Shown here: piece after piece, positions 15,166 to 30,250 of the stretch | Layout of the letters: the number at the start of each line of letters is the position of its first letter | How positions within the stretch are numbered: position 1 is the first letter of the stretch | NCBI RefSeq assembly: GCF_000150275.1 | Contig: NW_002060943.1 | Location: forward strand, 8,006,066-8,070,065 | Length of the DNA stretch: 64,000 nucleotides | Source of the DNA: Trichoplax adhaerens | Lineage: Eukaryota; Animalia; Placozoa | Direction: 5' to 3' | Position numbers and translations under genes: made by a program | Notes under the pieces: generated by a model | Seen by the model: only the letters and a program-made list of their open reading frames with translations | The model's database searches: none | What the model was told of the DNA's origin: nothing

Positions 15166-18100
15166 AATTGCTACAGTGGCAGTGTATACTGTACAGCATG
15201 TAATACTAGTTTTGGCGAAGTACTGTATAAGTTGTTCGCTATATATAGTACTGTACAGTATACTATTATCTGTAATGATGTGGTTTTTGTCAACACAGCA
15301 TATTAATACTTTACTATTTCTGCTTTAAATAATAATAGTAGCTACGGTAGCTGATAGAAATGTTAATTCATCATATAGAAATAGATCATCAATATTGATT
15401 CAACATTCTTTCTTACAGGATGCTAACTTTACTAAGAGTAGTATTTCAAATATTTGCGAAACAACAGGATTCCATGACTCTTTCAACGTGTCACTGCCAA
15501 AAGACACCATACAAGTATTTAGGTGTTAGTGTAAAAATCATCGCAGGTAAAGATCACAAATTTTGGTGATAGTCAGGGCGAGAAGATGTCAACTTTTCTT
15601 ACAATTTATAAATTTATTGAACATCTCCAATAATAAAATACTTCAAGTGAAACAGTCGTATGCACTTAAATTAATCTTTCGGTTATACAGGCAGACAAAT
15701 TATACGTTATGCCATAGGCGATGTAGGGCTAGTACTCAGCAGCTTGACTACCCAATGTACAAGCGATAAAGAAGAAGACGTTATCCTTTCCACGATATAA
15801 CTTTTACACAATTCAGCATGCGAGTAACAAGTCCTGCATAGCTACTGCAGATTGCGTGATCATGTTGCGATTCAAGTTTGTGCTATCACCATGATACGTA
15901 CTTTTACTGATTGCATACTTTACTAGTGCGGTATTCTGTACCCTGTCTCTGCTATACCATGGACTACTAAATCTTCCGTAAGATTGAGTAAGCCTATGGC
16001 TATGGTGTGCAGTGTATAGTACATAGATTCTATTTTTTGAGCTATTGATTGATTAATTATGGACAGTACAGTAGTATGCAACGCAATAAACCGTCAAAAG
16101 CACGCAATACGAATTACCCTTTTATCCCTAGACTAGGATTACGATATACTGAAGTAATATCGGTATTTAGGTTGTTTACCTATTTTTAACAAATAATAAC
16201 GATGAATTTGTTTTTGTGTATAATTTTTTAACAATACAAGGATCGAGTTAATAATCAGATATAGGTAATGTAATACACACACATATGCATGTAATGGATA
16301 TTAAATTTAATTTACTTTACGATTACAAAATTACGTTAGTTTAGATATAGCATATGGAGAAAAAATACGGTAGATTAGTGATTTACATTTACTGTATATT
16401 TAACAACTTTAGTTATTCTATCGATTTTACTACACAGACGGATACTGGTCAATCATAGGACTATACGAAGAGAATCAAATCTTAAATAATCGCACAAATT
16501 ACCTAACTTGAAATATTTTGCCTCTAAATCTTCCATTTTCATGTTTATTTATGATGCAATTTATCATCTCACAGTATGGTTAACCGCAAATATTGTGTTA
16601 CTATACAGTATACAGTACGTCAGTTCTGCAATGATTGTCCACGCAAACTACACCTACGATCTATGCGCTCATTCGCGCACGAATGAATTCTACCTGGCTG
16701 AGGATCTAGTGAAAAATTTTGAAATTACTTTAGTTTCTTATATTGTTATCGAGATTTGTTAAAAGTATTTAGCGTAAGTTATAAATGGAATTATATTAAG
16801 GATTCCACTCAAAGCCTCGTTCTAGTAACCTGCAGCCGTTTAATAAATACGGATACGCTTTTTACTGCATGCATAACGGAAAGAGTAATGTCTAGATGAA
16901 GCATTTTAAATTTTGTATGGGTAATAGATTGTGACAATGTGCGTGTGGACGGCTATAACTAATGAAATAAATGGCTAGCTTTTTCAGGGTATCTAATATA
17001 TCACAATTAATCAACTGTGTTGTAAGTAACAGAGAGAGACGCCAACTGTTATACTACTTTACTCCTTACATGCAACAAAACATACGTACTGAATGCAACA
17101 CTTTGTACGAGTTACTTGAAGAAAATTTAATTCAATGCTAGATCAAACTAGTGTTGTCGACAGCAGCACTGACTAGTAAAAAGGTAGTCGCTGACAAAAG
17201 CAACAAAGAAAAAATTGGATATGTACAGTATACTGTATGCTAGTACGCCGCAAATTTTCAAAACCTCAAGTATACGTATTGTACTGAAGTAATACTGATG
17301 TTAATCCTATCTTTATTAAAAGAAATCCGTATACAACGCACAAGGTTACCATTAGGGTTGCTGATAGAATCGAGGCATAAGCTGCATTACTGCATTATAT
17401 CAAAAAAGATTTGTATATTGCACTTGACAGTATATCTAATTTTCCTTTCATCTAAAATTGAATTCGTGATCCTAAGGGATGGCATGTTGGTTACCGTCCT
17501 GTTCTGTTTTAGCACATGCCGATCAATTCCACGATTTTACGATAGATTACGCGTACAAGAAACCGCGTATGATAATAATAAATAATTAATTAATTAATTA
17601 ATGACCAACCGATTTACTCTTTGTAGTCAAATGCAGTTTAACAAGGAGCGTAGTTACAACAGCAAAAGGAATTCTAAAATTACTAATGAATGGACTAATT
17701 TAATTTGGCCTGATAGAAGACCGTTCAAAATTGTAATTGGTAGTGGCCACCTGTTCTGGTAATTATATAATAAAATTAATTAGTAAATAACAGTTAGCAT
17801 GCAATTTTTTCTTTCTTTACGGATATTGAGTATGGATATTCTTATTTTTTGTTACTTTTACAACTATAGTATTTTCAACCATCATTCTCAGTCACCACAA
17901 TAGTGCTCATGACAAGGATATATCTTAAGGCACGGCACATATGCAGACTATGATGCAGCCGTGACCTCACAGATGCAAATCGATCTCAAAACTGATCTTA
18001 CGTTAATACAGTACATAATTCCGACCTATTTTATAGCACTGTGCGGACTAGCGAATAATATATTTTGTAGTTTAAGAGAAAGGCTATCGTCATGTATCAA

Positions 18101-18312
18101 CGAGTTTGCATTTCTTTGCAGCAGCGGCTAGTAAAGAGAGAGAGAGAATCAATTTCAGTGACACTGTGCAAAAGTGATGGTATGGTATTGTGCTGTACAG
18201 TGTCATGGTCACTTGATCAGCTGGATGAACTACCATATGGGTCTAAATGTCTAATACGGTGACACGACAGCGATCTGAGTCATCTGACAACATGCTGGCT
18301 TTTCTTTTTTGG

Positions 18313-18385
18313 GTACCGTACCGTACTGCGCCGTACCATACCGCGCCGTACCATACCGTGCCGTACCATACCGTGCCGTACTGTA
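18313..18385. repeat. Pentamer-derived 15-bp minisatellite (GCCGTACCATACCGY, about 3.5 copies) upstream of IFT81
   Basis: gtaccgtaccgtactgcgccgtaccataccgcgccgtaccataccgtgccgtaccataccgtgccgtactgtac read directly. Confidence 0.9.
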
Positions 18386-18709
18386 CATGGAATGGTATAA
18401 CATGACCGGCTTCCGAGTTACAGTACTATTCACTGTAACTCACAGTCCGTACCACCGAAGCTACAATACATTGAATTGTAATTCATAATAACTTGGACAT
18501 TTCTATGACTACAGCAATGTTAATGTTTTCACGCAGTTCAGGCAAAAGTTCGTTTCCTATGGTAGTCTAGCCAATTTTATTCTTGATTAATCTCATCTTC
18601 CAAAGTTAAGGTTATTCATTATAAAAATTGATGATTAGTAATAATTTACTCTGTAGTATTAGATTAGACTTTATAATTTTACATTTACTTTTAGAATTAG
18701 GAATCAAAA

Positions 18710-21700
18710 ATGAGTGATCAGTTGCGTTACATCGTTGAAGAACTCAAGAAGGAACCATTTAATCGAAAGAATATCAATCTTATTACGTATGTTTAATATT
18801 ATTTCATACATAATATCAATAATATTTAACTTTTCACCAAACTGTCATCATCCTAGTTATATATATATCGTTTGATGTACGCAGTAATACGTCGCATACT
18901 GTATACTGTGTGCATGGATGTACGCAATAGGGGGGTACAATAACCGCAGTGTAAGGCATTGCGATTAGATACTTCATAAATGTTGAATTTAAATAAACAG
19001 CTTATTTCAACGTAGTGAATTGAGTGAAAACCCTCCTTATCACTATTTGTATGAGTTAAAATAGAAGGACTAACTGCTACTAATTCAGAGATTATTTGGG
19101 AAGTAAAGCTTAAAATCATTTATAGGATTTCAATATTCTATAATATTCTTCTTTAGGATTCAATCGACCGTACTGAATTCGATTTTGTATGCTTTCTATT
19201 TTTTTGAATAATTCTATATAGTTTTGATGACCAATCACCCATTCAATTACTGCAAGTCTTAAGCGATGTTTTCGCTGAAATTTCAGGACAGGTACAGTAA
19301 TAATTTTAAATACGACAAGATAAGCTGTCATTAAACGACTCGACCTTAACGATATGATGCCGACATAAGGAGCATTAACTTGATTAGTACGAATTTTTTC
19401 TACTTCTCTTAGGGTAAAGTCGATTTACGTAATGAAGAACCTGGTGCTACCGTCAATAGAATGATGTCTCTATTAAGGGTTCTCAAATATAAATTTCCAA
19501 ATCCAGATCCACAATCCATGTAAAAAATTTTCATCCTTGAATATGCACCATATCTAATCAATCACTCTCAATTATATATTGTATAACGCACTGACCAATG
19601 TATAATCTGAAATTCATCTAAAATATAGGAAAAATTATGTCAATCAGTTAATCAAAGGAGATAAATCAGTCATTTATCCAATCCTTCACTGGGCTTTACA
19701 AAAAATGCCAGAATTAAAGAAACGCGCATATTTAGCTCGTTTCTTAGTAAAAATTGAAATTCCGCTAGAATATCGTGATGACCCTGTAAATGAGATTTAT
19801 GAACAGGTATTAGTAACGAGTTTGAACTAATATTTACGTTATGTATTCCCCAACAATTGCATGGCAATAATTCGATAGCAACCTATTTCTTATTCTTGCT
19901 ATATTCTCACATAATCTTTACATAGTATGATGAATTACTGGATACATTCAAACAAAATCATAAGGCGGTAGAAGAATTGCGCAAGTCTGTTTTGTCTGTT
20001 AGTGAAATAAAGAAGGTACGATATGATCAAATTTTATTCTGCTATCAGACTGCCTTTGAAATATTATCATAGTAAGATAACTTGAAATTGTCTAATCAGA
20101 GTTAGTGATAAATTAAGAACCGTATATGTATACTACTATATTAGGATATCTCACATATGGAGGAAGAAAAAGATCAGTTAGAGAAAAGAATTAGAAAAAT
20201 GCAAAAGAGGGTTAGAGATCATATAATTTCATTTGTATTTCACTTAATAAATTTAGACTCTTTGACAATTTTTCATTTCCAAAAATAGCGATATTACGTA
20301 GATCTGACTCTATCATATATCTTGCCTAGATCGAAGGGATTAAAGATTATGAAAAAATGTTGAATGTAGCACGTGAATTACGTAAAGCGAAAGAGGAGGA
20401 AAGTAAATATAGCAGTCAATACTTGGATCAAAATAACCAGGTTGAGTATTTCTATTTCGGAATGCTTAATTACAAATTCATAAATCGGTTTTTATTTATA
20501 AGCAAATTTTAATCATATATTATCGCTCTATATACTTTAAAAATTCTCATAATCTGTTTAACCTATTGGAACTAATATTCTAATTTGATTATAATTAGCT
20601 GCGACAAGCTGAGCAAAAATTGCAAAGGATACAACGACAATTAAAGGACATGCAACAAGCAGCTGTTGGAATGACACCCGAAGGTAAAAATTTTTAGTGC
20701 TCACACGCCCCATGTGCATAGTATCAATTGTTATCGCATGTATGATATAATCTATATTATTTTGCAATTTTAAGCTAATTTTAGTTTATACTTTCTGTAA
20801 TAGTCTTAATAGATAAAATTGAAGAAGAAAACCGTGTCAATTATTACTTATGCAATGATAAGCTACCCAAGGTAATCAAAAATCATATCAATAAGTGTCG
20901 TAAAAACGATATGTAATTGAACGTTAATACTGCTTTATCTTTATAGAATTGATTTAATTTTATTCCGATTGAAATTCAGTGATGCATAGAACTATATTTT
21001 GGAAATGTTGTAGAGATGTTACGATAAATATATATTTTAACTTCAGAAAGTAATATCATCAATTTAGTGACGTTATTTTACTATACTATCGTAAATGTAT
21101 TGTTACTAGTACCTTTAGTTTACTATAGCTCTATAAACTTCGGACACTTATGTATTGTGAAGTGCTTTAATCTAGCTTGGAATTACAGATTTTATGGATA
21201 TTACTATACTCCCATGTTAACCTTAATCTACAAGAGAGCACTGATCACGCTGCACTAATTTTGATAGGAAATTGCGAGTAGTAAAAAGCTCAAAGAAGAT
21301 TTAGAAAAAGTTTTAATAGAGCCAGCGATGAGCAAATCGGACTTAGATGCTATTAACAATGAAGTAAGTATTATATTCAATGGTAATAATTACGATTCAG
21401 CTTTTTAGTTAGTTTTCAAACATATCACCAAATTATTTGAATTAGATAAGTTCAGTGACTGCCGAAGTAAATGGGCTAATTGAGAAAAGAATGGTTCGCA
21501 ACGATCCCATAGACGATAAATTGGCCATCTTCAGACAACAAGCTTCAATCATGTCGGCCAAAAAAGAAGACATTGCTAACAAATTACAGAAAGCTATGGA
21601 AAATTTGTCATCATATGAAAATGAATGTAAAAGAAAGTCAGAATTGTTGAACGGCCTAAAAGCTAGCGGAACAGTCATGAAGGGAGATGAAGTAGGCTGT

Positions 21701-24649
21701 ATTTATACACAATTCACAGATGCTAACCAGCTAAATTTTTAACGATCATTCTAGATGCTTCTCAATTCATTTCAATAATTTTTCGTTCTTTATTTCAAGT
21801 TTAAAGTCTATGTCAATAAATTACGTGGTAAAAGTAACGTCTACAAGAAAAAGCGCCAAGATGTATGTATGATATCTACAAAACTATACGACTATCATTC
21901 TGTACATGTACGATATTTTATACTTATAATTCTAAATTTGAACTCATAGTATTTACAAAACAGAAATATCAACAGTAATAGTATGAATTGTTTTGTATAG
22001 TTTTACGAAGCATATATATTAAACACACATTCAGCCATATAATAACTTTCTCATTAATTAATGCTAACACTATCCTTAGATTGATGCAATACATAGTTTG
22101 TAGAACGCAGTACTAAATATAAATTATAGAGTCGTTGAATAAAAACTTCGGTAAATAGATCCATCAATGAGCTTAGAGAATGAATTATTAATACATTAAA
22201 ACAGTTAGCGGAGATTAGAGCTGAACATGGTGTATTAGCAAGGACTGAAGAAGTACTGAAGAACCGAAATGAAAGTATAGAATCTGTTATGGTAAACACT
22301 AGATTGTTACTGATACTATAGTATTTATTGATATGGTTTAGATATAAATTTATAATTCCCTATCGTTGCATCAATATTTATATATTATTCCGTTATAATT
22401 AGACCAATATTGAAACTAAGAAAGGAGTCTCAGGATATTTTGATACTCAGGAAGAGTTGGAAAAAGTAAGTTTGTGTCTAACTTCTAAAATTTATAAAGC
22501 GCTGCTGCATATCTGATGTTGATGATATTGTCAACGTATTGTTAGCAAAGAGCTAAAGAGATTGTTAGTAACTGTTATGTATTTTTTACATATAGATATG
22601 AAATTACCTCTAAACGATCTAATTTATTATAATATTACCATTGCAGGTTTCCTCAATGAAAAGTGAAATAGACGACATTAAGAATAAGACTTTAAATGAT
22701 ATTTCTGAAATGGTACTTTTCACCATAGAAACTGAGATATCTAGAGCTACTTTTAAATATTTCATTATTTCTCTTTATATAAAATTTATGATGTTATTCT
22801 ACAGGTTCAAAAATTAAATATAACCATTAACAGGAAGAAAAGCGCTTTAGCTCCTATTATTAAAGAACTAAGGCCATTAAGACAAGAATGTCAAGTTAGA
22901 CATTTTATAATGTCACAATTCAAGATAATTTTAATTCATAATGATAATTAAAATATAACCGAGAGATTTATTATCCGTACGAATAGGAATTATCTGTAGA
23001 ATATGAAGAAAAGAAGAACATATTCACTAATGCGTCAGCTTCACTCGAAAGCAAGAACTCCAAAGTCGAACAGGCTAGTTAATTAGATTTTATATATCAC
23101 GCAATATGAATATGAAATTGTCTTTTGACTGCCATATTTTGTCACTTGCGCTTAAATTATATATGCACTCAGATTCCTCATAAAATCATAACTCCTGTAG
23201 CATAAAAACTGGACAAAACTTTATATATCACTGCAACAAATACATATTTAATACCTATGGATACAATAATAACTTAAATTACCTCTTGCACCCTAGTAAT
23301 CAGACTATATATTTATGAGTACATTATAAAAAGATGCAGACATTAGTTATAGATGTTTATCATAATGCATGGATTTATAAAAGTAGAATAATGCTATCCT
23401 ATGCACAATATCTTATGAAAAGTTAGGGCTATATATGATTCAACACGATGATGTTAAGTAAAGTGATAAAAAAGCGATTAGTCTTTCGTTACTGAAAGTA
23501 AATTATATACATTTGCATAATCGATAGGAGGTTCGTGTATATCGAGAAGAATGTGCCAATGAAGAAGGACGATATCATTATTTAAACTGCATGATGAAAG
23601 TAAGTATTCGTAAGGAGAAAATTCATTGTCTAGCTCTTTAAAATGATTATAATTCATCTATAATTATAATCAAGCAGCTGTTTTAACGTCTATATATGCT
23701 AAATCGCTATTCAATATTGATATCAATGTAGACTATTAAGCTTCAACAGCAGCGACTTTCCAGTGAACTAAAATCTTATATTGCCAATGAAGCAGCGGAG
23801 AAAAAGAAGTCACTACGGTAAAATTACGAAATATCAGTATATATATATTATTAATAATAAGATCGAATAACACTCAATTGACTGTAATTATTAATTACTA
23901 GAAATGAAATTAATGAATTCAGGTGTTATGCATGTTAGTCATTACAATACAAAGATATTCGATATTGTAATTATATTTCTCTCCATAGTAATTGTATATG
24001 ATCAATTCATGTAATATAAATGCTTTACGATAACATACTTGCGTCAATGTTACAAACAATAAATGTAGAGGATTGATTTTTCGACTTGTGTGGTTCTACG
24101 CATATTAGCGTGTACTCGGACACTTCTGATATAAAATAAAATGTGTGATTGATTTAACCTTGACAGGGATGTATATGGCCGTAAAATACAGGAACAAGAA
24201 AATCTTGGAAAAGTAAGTTCAACAATACGATCATTCGGATGTTAAGTCTGCTTGTAAATTAACAATAACTATGGGAGAAAAAATTGATTAAGAATTACGA
24301 ATTAGCCATAATTTGATGTTGTTCTTTAAGGGTTTAAAAGAAAAGCAGAAATCGGTTAAAGAAGGCTATTCACTAAATATGAAACAGATGAAAATGTGGA
24401 AGGTAAGAATTTTGCTGATATTATTGTTACTTGAATTTATTAAAATAACTGGGTTCTATTGAGTAAAGATAGAACAAAACAAAGAATAGTTACTGTACTA
24501 ACTTTTTTATCCAATTTATTCACCGATAGGATTTGACTCAGTTAATTGAATGCAAGCGTCAGTGCGAACCATCTGCTGCACAAGAGAATATAAACAGCGG
24601 CTTTAATAATGCTGTTATTAATGAAACAGCGGATCATCTTGTATTGTAA
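18710..24649 (+). CDS. IFT81: Intraflagellar transport protein 81
   Basis: Starts [17 protein letters not shown]; contains [54 protein letters not shown]; ends ADHLVL-TAA (24647-24649). Exon phases checked for most exons and consistent, with one GC-AG intron. Confidence 0.97.
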
Positions 24650-27600
24650 AATGGGCTATTAACAATGAATTGAGGTTAACATTAGCTCTCTATGTTTAAA
24701 TTAGTGAAAGATATGGATAAAGTAAGATATTTAGAATACAGTATATCCATCCGATTCGATCTTGATTTATCAATTAGAAGTTGTTCTACGTACAGCTTCC
24801 AGCTTCTAGTGTAGATATTTATCTTTCTGTTCTTATAAGATAAATTTAACACTTACAGTAACAAATATCAGCAAATAGTAAACCTGCGGAGATCATTTTG
24901 GCTTCAAATTTCGTTAATTTACTATTTAGAATATTACGAATGCATATTTAATTTACTCTATCACATTCATTCAAATTCATATGGATCCATAACGAAAAGT
25001 TATAAAATAAAAATCCTTTCAAATTGATATAAACCAGTTATTGGAGAACTGATTAAGTACAACTCTGGATATTTCGATATCACTCAAAATATATAATATT
25101 GCTATCGTGTTACCTATGAAGTAATAATCGAAGAGGAGCTATTACCCCAGTACAGTTATGGTTAGGCGATTAATGGTATTGCCGAATCAGTATTAACGCT
25201 GATTTCTTAATGGATTAGATTATGGCATTACTGTGATTATATAGGTATAGCCAAGTCCGATACTTTTCCTTAAAACTTAAATTATAGTAAATTGTAGGTA
25301 CGCAGGTGAGAAATGACCAATTGTGATATATACCAATCACAAAATTCCAAATTTTAGAAAAATAAGGGCTTTATTGAATCTTATTCAAAGATTAACTACA
25401 CAGCTCTACTCTAGCCGAATACTACTTCTAAAGACTTCTAGAACGAACTAACAGAATAATCTAAAGTTGCATGCTTTTATACTTTTCGCAGCTACAATCC
25501 GCATGGCAACCTTTTACCTTATTTTACACATAGTTAAATTATTCTTAGTAAGACTATTCTACTGCAGACCATCATTAATCCAATATGGATACGACTACAG
25601 TACTTACGTAGACATTATTCACACCAGCCAAAGTACAATGAATTAACCATATCCTAATATATGATTTACAGTTCTATTTTTACCTATAGCCATATTAGTA
25701 ACTCAACAGCTTACTGTATATAGTCATCTGTACTCTAGCATAGAGTCTCTACCACTACAGTCTATAGTTACAGCTACCAAATATCTCTTAGGATAAATAT
25801 CTACCGTACATTATACTACATATGGCTAACAGTCTACAATCACAATACTAAGTTACATTACACCAATATTCCTCAAGTCTTAAGAATAATTTGCTATTGA
25901 TTTCTATAGTAATGTATTATGCCCATAGAATAAGTGGTCAATATTGTACAGTATATACTAGTTTAATTAAACACATTCAAATATTCTCTGTCAATAAATA
26001 CTTGTAATACGAGAAGCACTGAATTAGAACGGGATTATTTGATCTCTTGCTCATACACTCGTATATACGATTGAATCTTTCATCAGTATTACTGTTGTAT
26101 GATTTTATCAACATTAAATCATTATGCATATATAGATTGAGCAGTGATCATATAAATCATTACCGTACTGATTCCTTAAAACCTTATAAAGCTGCAACCT
26201 ATCGAAATTATCACTTCGAGATTAAGCCAATTTACACTTTCTTCCTTGGATAATTTATTAGAATTATGTAAATATTCGGATCAGATATTCAAGTGCATAC
26301 TTCAAGATCTTTTCTTTGCGTTAAGAAAGTTTATTAAATTATGGTGTTTGCTACTCTGGACTGGGTCAACAGATTGTGGACAGGATTGTTACTACTGAAA
26401 AAATTTCGGATTTATAATATCATTCTTATTGGCCTCCATATAATATCTACTTTCCAATCATGGCCATAGTTTCTTTAAGATAACTGCCTGTATAATTAAA
26501 ATCACTTCCCTGCATTTTATACAATTCTACAATATCTTCGAGATACGTCTAGTGCTATCTTAAAAGTCACCGATAGCCTTAATTTATTTAAAATACAAAC
26601 CAAATTTACATTGATTGCAAGCATTTCTCTCTCAAAAATTGCGTAACCGTATAAATTTTTGATGTAGAACTTCATTCTACGAGATTTATTCTTCGAAACC
26701 ATCCAGCACGGCCTTTAATAATTATATTTGAAAAACAGTAGCATACCTATTCATATATGTGTATAATATAACCTTGATAAATTCCTAATATTAATTCTTT
26801 TACTTGGATATTAAACTGTTACAGTGTTAAATACTGTATTACGGTAGAAATATCTATGTTAGGATAATTCTGTTAGACTATCCTTATTTAGTTAACTTCT
26901 AATTTGGATATATTGTGTTTTAATATAGCACTGACTTTTTATGACAGTGACACTTATACACATACTGAAATTAATAGTTATAATAGGGAATGCAAATCAT
27001 CTGCTTACAGTTCGAATCATTGTGATTGTAATTTACTTATGATAGACTGTAAATTATCATGGAAATGTTCCGTGATAGGACATATCGTAATCTGACTATT
27101 CTGTATTAGTCATTACATGTCTATGTTCGTAAATACTGTTGTCTGCATTAAGGGAGCAGTAGCTAAAATTAATATCTAATTCAGTAAATGATTCTAATGC
27201 TAATTGTATTAACTATGACTCATGAACTATTGAGGAGTAGTATATAAATGCAGTATATCGTGAAATAAAGTGAATTCTCCAACTTAGTGTTTAACGTAAA
27301 ATACGAGGCGTTTAAGTCTTTGTGTAATCTGCTAGTAGAACAAAAGTGTTTGTGATAGTGCAGATATCGTTCCTTGATACGTGGTTCAAGGAATTGACTT
27401 ATTGATCGTATATTGCGTTATCTTGTTGCAAAGCTGTTTTGTGACATAAACATACGTTTTCATTTCATATCAATTATCCTCTTGGTCAATAAGTATCCAA
27501 AATTAATTTAACTGATATCTTTAAGGCCACAACTATGAATTTAATAGCTTATTTGCAGAGGACAAATAAAATACGCTTTTAATTAGATCTCAAAGCAACA

Positions 27601-30227
27601 AAATAGGTTAAAATTGTGGTTGAATTATTTTTGAAAACACTAGTACAGTTAAGGATATTCAACGTTCACTATTTATTAGGTATGTCAATACGAATCATCT
27701 AATAAAGTTAAAAAATTTGAAAATTTTCTCAACTTTTATCCGAGGTTAGAATGTAGTTTAGACATTTATACTAATTAAATTATTGATGACAATCTATATA
27801 CTCATATCCTATAATTAGGTTGCAGATACCTTTGACCTTTAGATATTCAATCTGACAGGAAAGATTCAAATGTATTCGAGAAATTTAATTAAAGATACCG
27901 TTAGGTTATAGGTACCGTTACTAAAATAATGACTTCTCAACTAAAGATTACTTTAAACTGTTTTTAGGTAATATTTGTAGTTGTCTCATTGAAGTTTTGT
28001 TCATTGTTGGACTTAACATAGTACAGTAATTGCTAATGAAATAGAGGAAGTAACGAGTGATTTTGAAATTTTCTCCCCCTTCTATTGTTTTATTAAATGA
28101 AGCTCCAATTTGAAAGCAAGACAGTAAAATTGTCAATAGATAATTTTTTACTATAAATTTACAATGAAATTGTAATGCAGTTTGAAAATTTTCTTTAAAT
28201 TACGTGAACGGAAAGTTCTATTGGAATATCCCAGTAGTTTCCCATTAGTTCAACTCTATTTAAAGGCTTCTTCATATCTGTATCCAGGCAGAACTAACGA
28301 CAAGTAACGAGAGTTGTGTTTGTTATGGTTAATTCATGTAATATCTATTAGCACTATATCACCTTACATGTAACGGCAATCTGATCTTAGCATTTAATTG
28401 AAAGCCATTTATGTAGTCTAAGGTATAATATACTTGTTTTACTCATGACGTTATCAATATTTAGTAATCCCTTTTTCGACAACGCCTAAACCTTATTAAT
28501 AGTTAAGTATAGAATGCGTTGTGCTTTCCATGTGTTTTCTAATTGATCTCATTAGTCATTTGAAATAAGGCTAATTTATTAATAGATGTTAAAACTATGC
28601 CATAACGATATACCACAACTGAAAGATACGCTTTATATATCGTGTTAATGACCCCTGTCATTAATTATTTAGTAATCATTGTGTCGGAATGCGTCGTGAT
28701 TTATATTTGGCATTAGTATCAATCATAATTAAAATATTATAATGTCAAAAATATAAGCTGGAAAAAAGAATAAGATGCTGTAGACTGGATTATATATTAT
28801 TAAATGGCATCGTTAATAGTTTATTACCGTTTCATTTGTAAACTTGTCATAATGATGGAATTTCACAATTGAATTCTAATTTATTGAATTCAATAAGATA
28901 AGAATTTAAATTAAATTTTCGCCTTTAAAGTCAATTGTTCTAATGTATATCGTACTGGATTTAATTAGCTTCTAAAGTAGTCATTGACTAAAAAATCTTT
29001 ATATCTCTTAGTTTTCTGAAGATATAATATCAATAAGAGCAAATTTTAGAGGAAATTTGGATCTTACGATAGCCTTTAAAGTCTGAGTATGCCTCCCGAT
29101 CGCATAATTACAGTTCCTTGAGACTGTTTTAAATACCGATATAACTTAGATTGATGGTAATATTACCGTTGTGGGTACGTATAGAATTAATTAAGGTATT
29201 AAGAAATTTCATTTTTTAGAAGTAAAGGTGCTTAGCACTTTAGCAATTATTCTGGTTTAATTTGCTAATTGTTTAATAAATACTACGAATCGCAGTTACT
29301 GTGGTAAGTACAGATAATAATTTATCAGGTGCTTATCAGTATATAATATTCTATTAGCCTATTTACTATTGGTTTTCACCGGAAAAGAAACGGCATTTGT
29401 AAGTTTAATAGTGAATTGAAAGGATTTTTATATTCTATATAAAATTAAATCGATATTTCTACTTTAACTCTTTCTCTATATATTATATTGGTTTTATGGT
29501 TGTCATCCCGTCCCTATTTTTAGTTGATATTGCAATAATTAAGTATTATTTTCCTAATTTTGAATGTCAATGTCCAGGATAGCCGAACGAGTCAATAGGA
29601 TATAAATCAAAGAAAGTAATTGTACTGTATTTTCATCGTCCCGGGTATAGAAGATAATACCAAACCATCTCCTTCAATGTTGATACAATCGATCTTAAAA
29701 CGTAATTTTTTGTTTACATTACCATTACGTCCGTTTTAAATTCGATTATAACACCGTAATTTTGTGTATATTGCAATGTCATTAATGTCTATCGATTATA
29801 TAATCATAGCACACGATGTAGAAGAATTGCCTGTTATCTATATCTTTATTAATATAATCAGTATAGCTGAAAATAATTGGGATTAAAAATTTCTAATCAA
29901 CGTATGCAGTTATATGATTGTTATAGATATAGCATTTGTTATGCATGAGAGTTAATGATGATTTCATAGTTCTTAATTGGATAAGATCTTAGTGTAAATT
30001 AATTAGCCTATGTAATTGATTACCAGTTTACTGGCCGTCTCGTCCATCTTAGATACGAAAGCTATATATTAAAGAGCTCAAGGGAGGTTTTACGTATATT
30101 TTTTGCGCCAGATGGTAACTGCAAACAAATTAAATTGTAGACGGAAAAATAACAATATAAAAATCTGGGTACTAATGAGCATGCTACCCGTTTCTGACTT
30201 CATAGAATATTCATTCAGAATATATTG

Positions 30228-30250
30228 ATATATATATATATATATATATA
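30228..30250. repeat. (TA)n microsatellite
   Basis: About 11 TA units read directly. Confidence 0.85.

Noticed and set aside
15505-15530. PYKYLGV resembles the reverse-transcriptase YLG motif
   Set aside because: No YADD or other RT motif nearby; too short to support a retroelement.
26510-26715. AVLDGFEE and GDFKIALDYLE suggested a NACHT Walker B or TPR remnant
   Set aside because: The ordered downstream motifs (DSTR, GSDF, WLN, HCS, LIQ..Y) fit a PTP domain far better.
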